This document shows, one piece after another, positions 12,426-24,742 of a DNA stretch of 64,000 nucleotides. A program made the position numbers and the translations under genes. Numbering within the stretch: the first letter of the stretch is position 1; each line of letters starts with the position of its first letter. The DNA comes from Hydrolagus affinis. Its lineage: Eukaryota. The stretch covers positions 1 through 64,000 of the forward strand of contig JAAILG010000272.1 of assembly GCA_012026655.1 (NCBI GenBank). The letters run 5' to 3'. The notes beneath the pieces were generated by a model. The model was given only the letters and a program-made list of their open reading frames with translations, did no database searches and was not told where the DNA came from.

Positions 12426-12735
12426 GTGGAGTCCTGTAACTCAGTGGTTAGAGCACTCGCCTTACAAGCGTGAGACCTGTGTTTCAAATCCAGGCAGGTC
12501 AAGGGCGAAACCTTGGACAAGTTTCCTTACTCCACACGCCTAATAATAATCCTCCCAAAAAAAACTATAATTAATTGGTCATTTCAATCCATGGCTGCTT
12601 GTGGCGACGCTGCTGTGCGCAACTGGCTGCCGCGTTTCGCCCACATATATACAGTCAAATTCTGTGTATAACAGTAGCGCTTTGAGACGTCTAGAAGATG
12701 TGAAAAGCGCTATATCACATGCAAAGATTATTATA
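12426..12735 (+). mobile_element. Deu-domain SINE, full length
   Basis: Head, core and tail all present. Confidence 0.92.
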
Positions 12736-13149
12736 AGTATAATTATTAAAACAGTCAGCTGAAGGCTTAAGACCAGGAGGAGAATAAAGTAGGGTGTGCG
12801 TGGATGAAGAAATTATTTGTTAAGTATTGTGGACAATATGGTACAGTAGCCGTCTGTGTCCCTTTGCTCACCACAGATGGTGAACTGTGGACTCGTGGCC
12901 TTAATGCCACCTGATTGCAGGCGTAAGTTTGACTTAAATCGCATCCTTTGCCATTGTTCTGCTAAATGGTACGAACCGAACAGTCTGATCACCCACAAAG
13001 CAGCCTGCACATAAATCTATTAGCTGATGCTATTGTATTGCAGTTTTAACAGCTGCTTGCTGCCTCTACTAGTACTTCCTCAGTACATGCTACCATAGAA
13101 ATGAAATAATGTGCTTCATGTGTTGAAAACCAAAGAAGAACCAATGTGA

Positions 13150-13370
13150 ATAATAATAATAATAAAAACACTATAATAAAATTGGTCATTTCAAACTACC
13201 TGTACTTTTGTTTGTGTTTTGTTTGTGGGACACTGCGCGCAATTGGCTGCCGGGTTTCGCCCACAAATATACAGTCAATTCACTTTACAGTATAGTCTGT
13301 GAAGCGCTTTGAGACGTCTAGAAGAGGTGAAAAGCACTATATCAAATGCAAGGATTATTATTATTACTAT
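13150..13370 (+). mobile_element. Deu-domain SINE, 3' half
   Basis: Core plus tail and (ATT)n. Confidence 0.85.
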
Positions 13371-14167
13371 TGTCTTGCTACAACAGCAATTAGACGATTG
13401 TGAGTTTTTAAGTCCATTCTTTAAGATAAAACTGAAAATGTAGCTTCTTCTGGAGGCTGTATTTCCACATTTACCTCTTTATCTCAACTCAAAACAAGTT
13501 ATTCAATCACTCGCCCCTGTTTATACAGGCGTATCTGATAGATAGAGGCATCTGACCGACACAGGTATTTTCAGCAGTCGTTAAACTTCAAACGATGGGG
13601 TGGAATTTGCAGTGTTTAATAATAACTCTCCTTTGTGACACAATCGGAGAACATTGAAAATGTAACCCAATCTCAGTCACCCCAAAAAAGATTCTACTCA
13701 GCAGGCACCTCTACAGTAATATACAGCAGCTATGCTATAGAGCCTACTGTACTGTATTGGACATTTCTGGTACATATTCACTAATGTCTAGTGTTAAGAT
13801 TGTATGCCAAAGGCTGGTTTTACTGCAATGGATTTATTAATTAATACACTGACTTTGACAGTCTCCACCAGCGAAGTCTGCAGATGCTAATTTAATTAAA
13901 TTACCGCAACCAGACAGACTTTGGACTCGAACCCTGACCATCTCCAAATCCAATCACTATCGCTGGGTTTCCCTTGATGTCAGAAATGGAGGGATCAGTA
14001 ATGTTACTTAAGCAGCATTACACAGAACAGCAGTACCGTACAACGCTAACACATTGATTTTTCCGAGGCTCAGCCAGGATAGCTAATTTCACGTGAAATG
14101 ACTATGTGGGCCGATACGATAGCTTATCTGTGGCAGCTCCATCCCACAAACAGTAATGAGATGAACA

Positions 14168-14345
14168 AAACTACAAAATACTACAGCCGCTGGGAATCGG
14201 AAACAACAACAAAAGTTGCTGGGGAAACTCAGCAGGTCAAGCAGCATCCATGGAGAGAGGAAAAGGAGTCAACGTTTCGGGTCTACAACCCTTCGTCAGG
14301 ATGCTGGTTGACCTGCTGAGTTTCCCCAGCAACTTTTGTTTTTGT
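14168..14345 (-). mobile_element. Short Penelope-like fold-back element with hammerhead ribozyme core, flanked by a 12-bp TSD
   Basis: The minus strand reads CTGACGAAGGGTTGTAGACCCGAAACGTTGAC...TCTCCATGGATGCTGCTTGACCTGCTGAGTTTCCCCAGCAAC, the Penelope terminal motif common in fish and sharks. It has 42-bp inverted arms (14208-14249 / 14299-14340), and ATGAGATGAACA is duplicated at 14156-14167 and 14346-14357. Confidence 0.75.
14271..14299 (-). ncRNA. Minimal hammerhead ribozyme core (CUGANGA...GAAA), probably degenerate
   Basis: CUGACGA-A-GGGU(UGUAG)ACCC-GAAA-CGUU: conserved core boxes, helix II and the palindromic ACGU helix III typical of Penelope minimal hammerheads. Canonical helix I is reduced to 2 bp. 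Confidence 0.6.
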
Positions 14346-16358
14346 ATGAGATGAACACTTCCTTTGGGGGTGAACGGAGGAAGAGTGAACGTTAGCCAGG
14401 AGATTAATACAATTCTGCTTCTCGGAGGTAAATCCATGAGATCTTTAACGGCCACGTAGACAGGGAGCTATGTTTAACATCTCACCCACAGGGTACCACC
14501 TCCAATAATGCAACACACATTCAATACCGCACTATGTGAACTAAAATCACACACTAACACTTTCAGTGAAGCAGAAATGCGAGTAACAGACAAGACAGAG
14601 ACGCAAGTTTGCAAATCTGATATAAAAACACTCATGATCTAACCAAATTATTACCATCGAAAGCTTCACTCTTCACCTTCAATAGCAATACAGCCTTCAC
14701 TGTCCTCAAAAGTCAGTCTTTTCACCTCAAATCCTGCTGTTCGAACCGACCGGCCCCTCCAGGCTTTGTGAGCTTTAAGCTTGTTGTGTGAAGCAAGCAT
14801 CTGACCTTTTTGTTGAGTTTCTAATGAAAATCAGCTTATAATGTAGCACAGACTGTGGCATTAACTGGGTATCCTGATCACAGCTGTAATTCAGGTGGCT
14901 GTGTGTGTGTGGTAATTGGAAATTGGGAGGAAGTTAAGAATTGTAAATCGCAGCTTGTTACTCTGGCTTACGGCTGTTTGATTGTTTGAGACACTCCCCG
15001 AGTACCAAAGCCCCCAGCAAGCACCTCAAATGAAAAAAAAATAGATCATTTTACACTTTGGCAAATCGAGAACGTTTGGCATTGTGGAAGGATCATGCAG
15101 AATATGAGTGGAGTGCGGTTGGGATGACTCCGAAATAATTTCACGGATCTTATAGTATTCAAAGCCAACTTCTCGATTGATTACGTTCAGTTAGTTTTCT
15201 CCGTGTGAGTCAGTCAATAGAACGAGGCTGAATCATGCTAAATTGAATAAATGCAATCAAGTGTTTTCCCAGAACAACTAATTTCTAGTGAAGAGAAAAA
15301 TCACAGAAACATCTGTTGTCTAGCATACATTAGCTTCACGCTGTGTCCGCTCTATATGGAACCCAGTACTGCACATGATTCATCGTTACGGTTTCCACCC
15401 CCCCTCCCCCACCCCCAACTCTGATCCACGGCACCTTGGGTTTTATAATAAATTAAATTTATGCTGTGAAATTGCTCGTCTGAGTTGCACTTCTCAAGTT
15501 TCTGCGGAACGGCAAACAGGAGCAAGGCAGAACTGTAATATTTAATAAGCTAGATTCAAATGTAAGCGGCTGGGCACTGATTAATCATCTGCGGTAAGTT
15601 TCGAATCAAGCAAAGTGTAAAACAAGGATAGGAGTTTCCATAATCCTTTGACAAAGCGCAGCGCTGACTAAAAGATGGTATTTCTGTTAAAGAACGTAGG
15701 TTTGCCAAACAACTCTGGACATTAAGTGTTATTACGCCCGCGGTTGAATTTTTGACCCTTCACGGTCAATCTCTCAGTCATCGCTTAAAGAAGTTTTAAA
15801 TCTGCATGCATCCCTGCATCAACCCTTTCTAATTAAACTTCAGCAAACTTGCAAAGACAGTCCCATCTCTTTTCAGAGAAACAGCGCCATGGGATCTGCC
15901 CAACGCAGAGGGGGTGGGATGGTGGCGGGATGAGCTTTAACCCACACGCTGATTCTAAGATGCTGTGCTAATTATCATACAAAAATGATAGCTTTCATAC
16001 CCGAGATAATCACTTTAATTAATTAAACTTTGCTTGGCCTTTGGAAAGCTGTGGAACTTTTTTAGGCATGTCATTACTTGTAAACAAGCTCGCGAGTTTA
16101 TTACACCATCCTGTAAAATAACTGAGAAAATTAATCACCGAGGGTCATATGAAACCAAACAGATCATTATCCACAGGATCCTTCGGGTAAACATTGTAAG
16201 TTACTGTATTTTATCCTCGGAGCACAACATTTTGCCATTGCTGCTGCAGAGAACCTAGACATAACTTAGTAAAGGCAAGTGAAAAGATAGGCGTAGGCTC
16301 GCGTGTGTTTCTGTGTTACTGTTCACTGATTTCTATGCAAATTGCTACAAGGAGTTAC

Positions 16359-16612
16359 AGGTCAGGGCGAAACCTTGGGCGAGTTTCTTTACTCCACACA
16401 CCTAATAGTAATCCCTCCAAAAAATACACAATAATAAAACTGATCGTTTCAATCCACGACTGTTTGTGGGGGACGCTGCTGTGCGCAGTTGGCTGCCTCG
16501 TTTCGCCCAGAAATATATACAGTCAATTTACTTTACAGTACATTCTGTGAAGCGCTTTGGGACGGCTGGAAGATGTGAAAAGCGCTACATCAAATAGAAG
16601 GATTATTATTAT
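16359..16612 (+). mobile_element. Deu-domain SINE, 5'-truncated
   Basis: Starts at caggtcagggcgaaaccttggg; has core and tail. A second tail with a long (TAT)n lies at 16640-16699. Confidence 0.88.
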
Positions 16613-16648
16613 ATGTATGTCATAATTCAGTTCCCCAGAAATGCAAGG

Positions 16649-16699
<51 letters not shown>

Positions 16700-17814
16700 G
16701 AGGAGTTCTGTACTCCAACAAAACTCTGGCAACGAATCCTTGTGAGTCGTTGATTAATTTAACGAGTATGTTCCAGCACTGGGACCAATCTTGGGAGATG
16801 CAGACCTAACCTGAACACACAAACAAATGCAATTCACTCGGTCAATTTAAATCAAATGAAACAAGGTTTCAGACTGCAGCACTACGGTATCGTGCGTCAT
16901 TCTGTGCCTTTAAAATGAATTGTTTCCTTTAAACGACTAAAAACCCTTCTGTAAAAAAAAATGTCCCCCATTTTAATCACCAGATGGGCTTTTAAACGTC
17001 TTCATGGTTTCAAAGCTGTGGGTATCTGGATAATCTTTTAAGACTCACATCGTTTGTGCAAGAAATGTGCTTGAAGATGATAGAATATTACAGTCCCCTA
17101 GACCCTTGACGCTAACTTCATCAAATTATTTTTTGTAAAATGAAATTGAGTACTCTGTTACAGGCAGTAATTTTGATAACAATCTTCAAAGGATCTGTTT
17201 GCACTTATATCTCTGACTGTAATGTTCCTTAATGCAGGCTGACTGTGTTTACAGAATAATTAATTGCAGGCTGTGAAACTACAGAATTCCCTTCGGTCAA
17301 GATCATTCATCTTAATTTTCTGAAGTTCGGTTAAAAAAAATGTCCTACAAATTTGGAGGCTACTTGTGATTGACTGAAAGTCTCTAGGAAACGGAACTTT
17401 TGAAGTGAAACAATAAATCTCGGCAAAAAATGAAACCTTAGGCAAGTTTTCTTAATAATCTCTTCAAAAAGTGTTCTTTTTTAAAAAAAAAATCCATGGC
17501 TGTTTGTGGGACACTGTTATGCGTGATTGGCTACCGCGTTTCGCCCACAAAAGTATTAAATGTAAGGATTATTATTAGAAAGTGTATTGGTTCTCCACTT
17601 GTTGTTTGCGTCCCATCATCTTTTTATTTCAACTTTTTCATTCACATTAATGAACTTAACTCTTGCCAACCCTTCCAGATCACCCTTCAATCTGAATCCA
17701 AAGCGTTCAATCCTCTATAGTTATCTGTTCCTATCCGGACAGATAACTTAAGCATTCAATAAGAATTTTTAAGCATAAATGTGTAGGTAGCATACAGATA
17801 CTGTAATAAAGCTA

Positions 17815-18066
17815 GAATTTTTGAGACTGAGGTCAACAGATTTTTGTTAGGTAAGGGTATCAAGGTATCATTTGCAAAAGGTGGATAATTGGAGTTGAGG
17901 TACAGATCATCCATGATTTAATAGGACAACAACAACAAAATTATAGTTACATCAGGAGGACGTCCCAAACAAACGTCATTTTGTTGGTGTTCTATTACAT
18001 CATGGCTGATTCCACACCTCAATCGTATAACAGGCTCGAAGGACTAAATGGCCTACTCCTGATCCT
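17815..18066 (+). mobile_element. CR1 LINE 3' end with internal insertion
   Basis: ttgagactgaggtcaacagatttttgttaggtaagggtatcaagg...cagatcatccatgatttaata ... aggctcgaaggactaaatggcctactcctg. Confidence 0.75.
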
Positions 18067-18529
18067 CAAAGACGCATTACACGGCAGAGAAATCTACCAA
18101 CAATGTATGAGAGAGAGAGAGACACAGACGGATCGCGGTGTTTTTATTACTGCCTGAATTATTCCGGAGATGAAGACCTGGTAACACATGGGTGACAAGC
18201 TAATGGAGAATTTTTTTTTTTTTTCGATCATTTTAATGAGGTTAGTAATTGTGAAATGTCATTTAATATTCAGTACTTGATTAAGTTATGTGGACTCTCA
18301 TCGCCTCGCTCCAGACTAATTAGACATTCTCTTGTAAATCTGAAGTAAGGTTTAACCCTTAGAGGCCCCCATGTCATTGTGTACACACGAGTGATGGGCA
18401 CTAATTGGGTTTGAGAGAAGGAAGTATTTTCTCGACACGTCAATGATGACAACAAAACGGCGAGAGGAAAGGATTGCGGGGAATCTCTTACTGATTGTGG
18501 CTTGATGTTTCGTTGCATTCCTATGTGTT

Positions 18530-18822
18530 TGGAGTCCCGCAGCTCAGTGGTTTGAAAGCACTTGCCTTATAAGCGAGAGACCTGGGTTCAATTCCAGGCA
18601 GGGCAAAACCTTGGGCAAGTTTCCTTACTCCACACGCCTGATAATAATCCCTCAAGAAAAAAAACAATAATAAATTGGACGTTGCTGTGCGCAATTGGCT
18701 GCCGTGTTTTGTCCACAAATATACAGTCAATTCACTTTACTGTATGTTCTGTGAAGCGCTTTGAGACGTCTAGAAGACGGGAAAAGCAATATATCAAATG
18801 CAAGGATTATTATTATTATTAA
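18530..18822 (+). mobile_element. Deu-domain SINE, near full length
   Basis: Head, core with a small deletion, tail and (ATT)n. Confidence 0.9.
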
Positions 18823-18904
18823 TGAGAACTGGGAAGAGGCTGAATCTCACGAATGAAGTGCACGGAAGGAACACTAAGCATTTCTCATTAACTGGCACCT
18901 CTTC

Positions 18905-19285
18905 ATAAAGAGGATTCAATTCAAAATTCTGATCCTCACCCTCAAAGCCCTCCATGACCTTGCCCCAGGCACCTCCATAACCTCCTAACACCTGACCAGC
19001 CCATTCATTCTCTCTGCTCAGCGGCCTTCAGCCACTCTGCCCTCAACCTTTGGAATTCCATCCAGCATTCCCTCAGCCTCACCCCTTCCTTATCTCCCTA
19101 TCCTTGTTCAAATCCCTCCTTAAGACCCTCCTTTTCGATCGTGCGATCGATCACCGCCATCTTTCCCCCCATCTTCCCTCCGCCCTCCCAAGTCCGACCC
19201 AAACCCGGGTCCAAAACACTGACTGTTCAGCGTCGTCCCAACCTAAAAGGCGCTATACAAATGTAATTTTCATTGTTCTTGATGT
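18905..19285 (+). mobile_element. L2 LINE 3' fragment
   Basis: ttcaaaattctgatcctcaccctcaaagccctccatgaccttgcccc (FKILILTLKALHDLAP) ... aaaggcgctatacaaatgtaatttt. Confidence 0.85.
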
Positions 19286-21284
19286 TATGATAATAACCAC
19301 AGCTTTCGAGCTAAAAATTGGGATAATTATGGAGGACATATCAAAAGGAACATTTTCTCTCATATATTGTTACCTTTAATCTACTTAGTAAGATCGATAA
19401 CCTTTGCCTCTAAAGCAGAGGCAATGCCTATGTACAGAACAGGGATTATACCTCTAATTATTCCCAGTGCATTCACATTAAAATGAAATGCAAAATGTTA
19501 CCCACTAAAGCACGCAGATGAGAAATGTTTTTGACATGAGTAGACTAATTCTAGGTCGTTGTAGCACTTGTGCACATTCCTGTTGTGGTGGTTTGATGAG
19601 ATGATAAAATATATATATATATTCGGGTCACAGGCTCATATAGTTATATATTGTTTTCTTCCAGATGGTGTTATCTCTGCCAGCGGTGCAATTAAGTAGT
19701 AAGAAAACTCATCACACAAAATGCCAATCAAATGAAAACGCTAGTTTTGGGTCCCAACTTAATCCCCTGACAGAGAGTGAAGCAATCATCAAGGCAATTT
19801 GCGTTTGGGTTTTGTTCATTATCCGCATTCCAAAATGGTGTTATTCCGTTTTTACGATCTGAAAAGACATCCGAGGCTGCATTTATTCCGTACACATGAT
19901 GTTCAAGGGCCATTTGCGCAAGCACATTTGTCCAAAGCCTCGGAGGAAACAAAAAGGAGGGGGAATAAATCACCGTTATTTACAACAAAAAAAAATACCA
20001 TTCCTGTTTATTATTTGCTCGGAACGTTACTGGTTGGAATGGCCAGTGTGAGACTGTACAGAATTCTAGAAGCCGCGCAACGCTGACAGCTGGACAATGC
20101 TAATGTTTCAATTACCTTTTAGTTTAGACTCCAGTCTCTTCCCTTACAAACACCATTATTCACAGGAACACAGCCCTGACAGCTACCAGCGTGGACTGTG
20201 ACTCAGTTAAGCCCACGGCCCTAACATCTATTTGCCGTCGAACCAGACAAATTCAAGCAACCAGAATGAAACAAGCATTGCAACACTAAACTTACGCCGT
20301 TACCTCGCCTCCGCGCATTCCTACATCAATACAAAGCCGTGGCCCGCGTTCGTAAGATTCTGCGGCTGGCTAATTAGCGCACACTTTCCCTTAAGAACAT
20401 GATGTGAACATTTTAATGTGGAGAGTTGTTGGTGTGCAGTGAGCCTTTGTTGACTAATTCTTCCCTGTTTGCGTACGCTATCAATATAGTTAGCAAACTA
20501 ACACTCCCCCCTCCACCACCTCCCCCCCCACACACACACAAACACACACACGTGGGGGTGGGGGGGAGAGAGAGAGAGAGAGAGAGAAAAAACCTTCTGA
20601 TGCGGAACGGAAATTAGCATCTCTCTCTGTGCAACTGCAGTTTGTGAAGTGAGGACCGCGGGGAAACAAGTCGACTCCAGTTATTAATCAACACAAACCG
20701 CAGACTGTCATTTTCTTTGACACTGCCTCACATCAACAATTCTCGACGTTGGAACATTCACATTGTGTTCTTAAGGGGGGGAAGGAAAGCCTGTGAAAAT
20801 TGGCCAGTAATACAATCCAGAGATGCCCTGCAGCGTACAATCAAGGGCACGTTAAAGAAAATTCGCCAAGACATCTTGACATCGGAACTAAACTCATGAA
20901 TGTCGGCGTTTTTTTTCTCTCTCTCTCTCTCTCTCTCTCGAACATGTGCGCGAAACACAATTAAAATGAAGTCGTTCGTTCCACCGCTGTTTGTGCAGCG
21001 AAAGAGCAACTGGTTTTGGAGATGTTTCGATGCGATAAGACCATGTGTAGCAATCGCAACTTTCACAAATAAGATTCACTTGGGGGTGAATTTGGGAATT
21101 CAGCGCTTTGGGACGTCCTCCCGATGTGAAAGGCGCTGAATAAGTGCAATTTTGTTGTTGTTGGGTCCCCTCTGTGTTTTACAGCTTCCAGTGAAACCCT
21201 TCCAATAGGATAAATATTCAGTACGGCCCAGACTTGATACGTTCACCAGTTACTTAATTCAGATGAAACAGGTTCTGCGTTGCC

Positions 21285-21745
21285 TGGCAGTTGGCACTGG
21301 AGTTGAGGGTGGGAGAGGCGTGAGAGGGTGGCTGGAGGAGTCGGTTGGCGATGGACCAAGGGAGCCTGGAGTTGTTCTTGGCCTCCAAGATTGTCTTTAA
21401 TTAGAATGATGATTTAGCAGAGGCAAGGATGGAACGGTAGGATTTGATAAGGTCCAGCCAGATCTGCAGATGGACCGTTAAGTTCGCTTTAAGACAGGTG
21501 CGTTCAGAGGCACGCAACTGTGCTTTAAGGGACAAAGTGACTCATTCGAGTAGTAGACGGTACGGAAAGTGAGGAGAGCGCGGGAGTCGAGAGTGGTGAG
21601 AGGAAGTTGTGGAGGAGAGTGACGGAGAAGGATTGCCGGAGGGAGAGCCCAGAGAGGGAGGATTTCAGATGACTCCAAGGCAGCAGAGCAGGAGGTGGGG
21701 GAGGAGATTTTACTCAAAGTATGGTTGGAGATGGAGTTCTAATAG
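21285..21745 (-). mobile_element. L2 LINE internal ORF2 fragment (EN-RT linker), decayed
   Basis: Minus-strand translation SLKAQLRASERTCLKANLTVHLQIWLDLIKSYRSILASAKSSF*LKTILEAKNNSRLPWSIANRLLQPP resembles the L2 ORF2 linker; contains stops. Confidence 0.8.
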
Positions 21746-24589
21746 CTACTCAGTCCACACAATTAGACTGAAGTGGGAATCAGACGCTTTCAACTCCAAT
21801 TGCTCGCTGATCATGGGAAACTGGTGATTTTGACACAGCAGAATTATTACTGGGCTGCGAAAGGTCAAACTCTCCACACTCCGAGGGAAGGAAGTTCTCG
21901 CCAATAGCCCAGAGATTAGTTTAAAAGTTCCCGAATTATTAAAGTATCACAGACCGGATATTGCAGCTAACTAGGTCACTGGGAAGAAGCATGCGGTAAT
22001 GAGAGACTATCCCATTAATAAGTGATTTGAAGTACATCAGAAAAGACAAAGAAAAGCCGGGAGAGAAAGTACTCAAGGAGGGTTTGTAATTTACTGCAAA
22101 ACTGTGTGTGATGGCTTCGGCTAATGAAATTAAATTACAATCTACCAGAAGCGAGATTGAGTGTGAGCCTATTTAGAAATCCCCACTGGAGGTTTACCAA
22201 CCACACATTAGAAACAGCAGCTGGCTATACGCACTCCATGAAGTCTCCGCAAACTCTAAAGCTAATGAAAATAACATTTTGTCTAAGATATCTCATATTA
22301 GAGGCATAATGTCCCTGACATAAATGGAAACAATGGGCAATAGCATAAAAGCATTAGAATTTAATAAGAATAATAAGAATAATAATCCTCGCATTTGATA
22401 TAGTGCCTTATCACATCTTCGAGATGTCTCAGACCGCTTCACAGGATATACTGTAAAATGAATTAACTATATTTTGTGGGCGAATGTAGTGCGGAGAAGG
22501 TTTATTTCAAGTCCTCTGGGTCTCTCATACTTGTGTTTGAATGAGTCTCATATTTCCAGGCTCTGCCAAATTAGAAATCTGTCCACTTCCCCTTTGCCGT
22601 CTTTCAAATAAACTTCCGTTCATGTAAGATGAGAAATCTCCATCAATTGCATACACCAAACCAAACCCACCCATTAAATTTTACCTTATATTTCCCAATA
22701 GTAAATAGAATCTGCCATTCACGTTGTTGGCGTAAGTAAGCAACGCATTCAAGGTTACTGATGGAATCATAAAACATAAGAGTGAAAACTCCAAACCATT
22801 TGTCAACATCGTCTATTGAAGAAATACCCTTTGACCTGAATTATCCTTTGCAACATTGACGGCGAAAAATATTTCGCGATGGATTTTTACAGAAAAGAAC
22901 CCAATAGCACAGCAACCCCGTAGATGACACGTTGATTGTTTCAAGTCGAACATCCTGCAAATACCTTGCGCAGACTCGACTGATGACGAAAGTGACATTA
23001 AATTCAGCTTCGCAGTCTGTGTGTGCTGAAAATAAGCCCAATCGGATGCAGTGCGTGGGAAAAACATAACACATCAACACTAAAAAAAAACTTATCCTCA
23101 TCTCAAATTCGATTACGTCGCATTGTTTTATTTTCCAACACTGTTCCGGAAATATCATTCCGTAAAAATCTCATCCACAGCCTTGGAAAATTCAATTTAG
23201 CACAATTCTCACTGTCCATTCATCGATAACTATTGTACCATTACATCGCACGGCTCCGAAGACGACGTTCTGGGAAAGATAGCCTTCAGACCCATTTCAT
23301 TTTGTTCTTTCGAATTCTGAACTAATTGTAGCACCGAGCCATATGTTGAACGGATCCGAGGTGCCGGCCTCAGCCACCGCCGATTATCGTTTATAATGGC
23401 AAATTGACTCAAACCATACAAACGGAGAGACAAGGCCAAGAGTTGACCTTGCCTGGCCAAGAAAATTACAATCTTCCCTCAATCATCACATTCAAAGGCT
23501 GAATGAAGTGAAACCTAGCAATGACAATAACAATCTCAGCATTCAGACAGCAATGTTGTCTAGAACGTTCGATTTTGTTACGGCTCACTGACCGACCTCT
23601 ACCTATCGCTCAGTTTTCCCCTCTCGATACATTGCTACACATGGCTGTGCCCTGTAAAGTGATGTGATGACATGTTGCCTCCAATTGCTTTGCAGTCAAA
23701 TGGTTCTGACACACAAAGTAAAACTCCACAGTCCTCCCACCCCTTCTTAGTGTAAGCACAGTGCGTCTCTCACGCGCTCCCTGCAACGAGAGACAAGCTC
23801 CACAACAAACAATTACTTGAAAACCCGATCAGTTTGAAGGACTGAACCCCCCCCTGAAATTGCTCGAGGGAAACAAAACGCCATTTGGTTCGCTATTTTG
23901 CTCGTGGGGGTGAGATATCGATGAGAGTAGTTGTTATTTGTAAGTCAAGTGTCAGCATTTAAAGGTAACGCTTTGAATTATCCGAGACGTGTAAAAACCT
24001 GGAGTAAAATGCATGGTTGAAGGGGATTAAAGGGATCGCAATCCTTGCAATTGTTTGAATTTTATGATTCGATGCCACCCACTTGCATTTGTTTTAAGTG
24101 TGCAAGTACGAACTGAGATGAAAATGGGCTCCGAGAAATTTTCTGTGTTTTCCTGGTCCATCGAGCAGTTTCCTATGCGAGGGGAAAGAGGTTTGAAAAG
24201 TGGTAACTAGGGAATCTTTTTGCAGTGTGTTCTTGACTACGTTTGAATGAGCGTCTTTGTAGACATTTTCCGCAGGAGACTTGCAATTTGAATGGGGTGG
24301 GTGTAAGGGCACAATCGGATAGGCTTTAAATGCTCTATTGAAGCAACGGCCTTGATTTGCCAAAAGGCTAATTGTTTCAGACATACGCATGTTCTTACAA
24401 GTTCCTTTGTTACCAGAGTTCGATGGATGAAAGAGTTGAACAAGAGCCAGAAGGATCTCGGCATTGGCTATTTCTCCACCTGTCTCTCCATTTCACTTCA
24501 AAATTTGCACTAACTATTGCTGGAAATCAGAAGTCCATCCAACCGACCTCACATTCTGATATTCTTTACTGAGAATTACTGGGACTAGT

Positions 24590-24742
24590 ATAATAATCTG
24601 ATTGCATTTTTGTTATAGCGCTTTTCGCGTCTTCTGGACGTTTCAAAGCGCTTCACAGAATATACTCTTAAGTGAATTGACTGTATATGTGTGGGCGGAA
24701 GGCGGCAGTCATTTGCGCACAACAGCGTCCCCACAAACAGTC
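24590..24742 (-). mobile_element. Deu-domain SINE, 3' half
   Basis: Reverse complement of tail and core. Confidence 0.85.

Larger units (their letters stand above)
14095..14540 (-). mobile_element. Old DeuSINE (SacSINE1/AmnSINE1-like) interrupted by the Penelope-like insertion
   Basis: cccacaaacagtaatgagatgaac ... ccatgagatctttaacggccac...tgtttaacatctcaccc...cacctccaataatgcaacac matches the reverse complement of the long Deu domain. Confidence 0.65.

Noticed and set aside
19665-19698. Possible 34-nt exon (ttttcttccAG|ATGGTG...AAGTA|GTAAGA)
   Set aside because: Good acceptor but a weak donor, no partner exons and no recognisable peptide.
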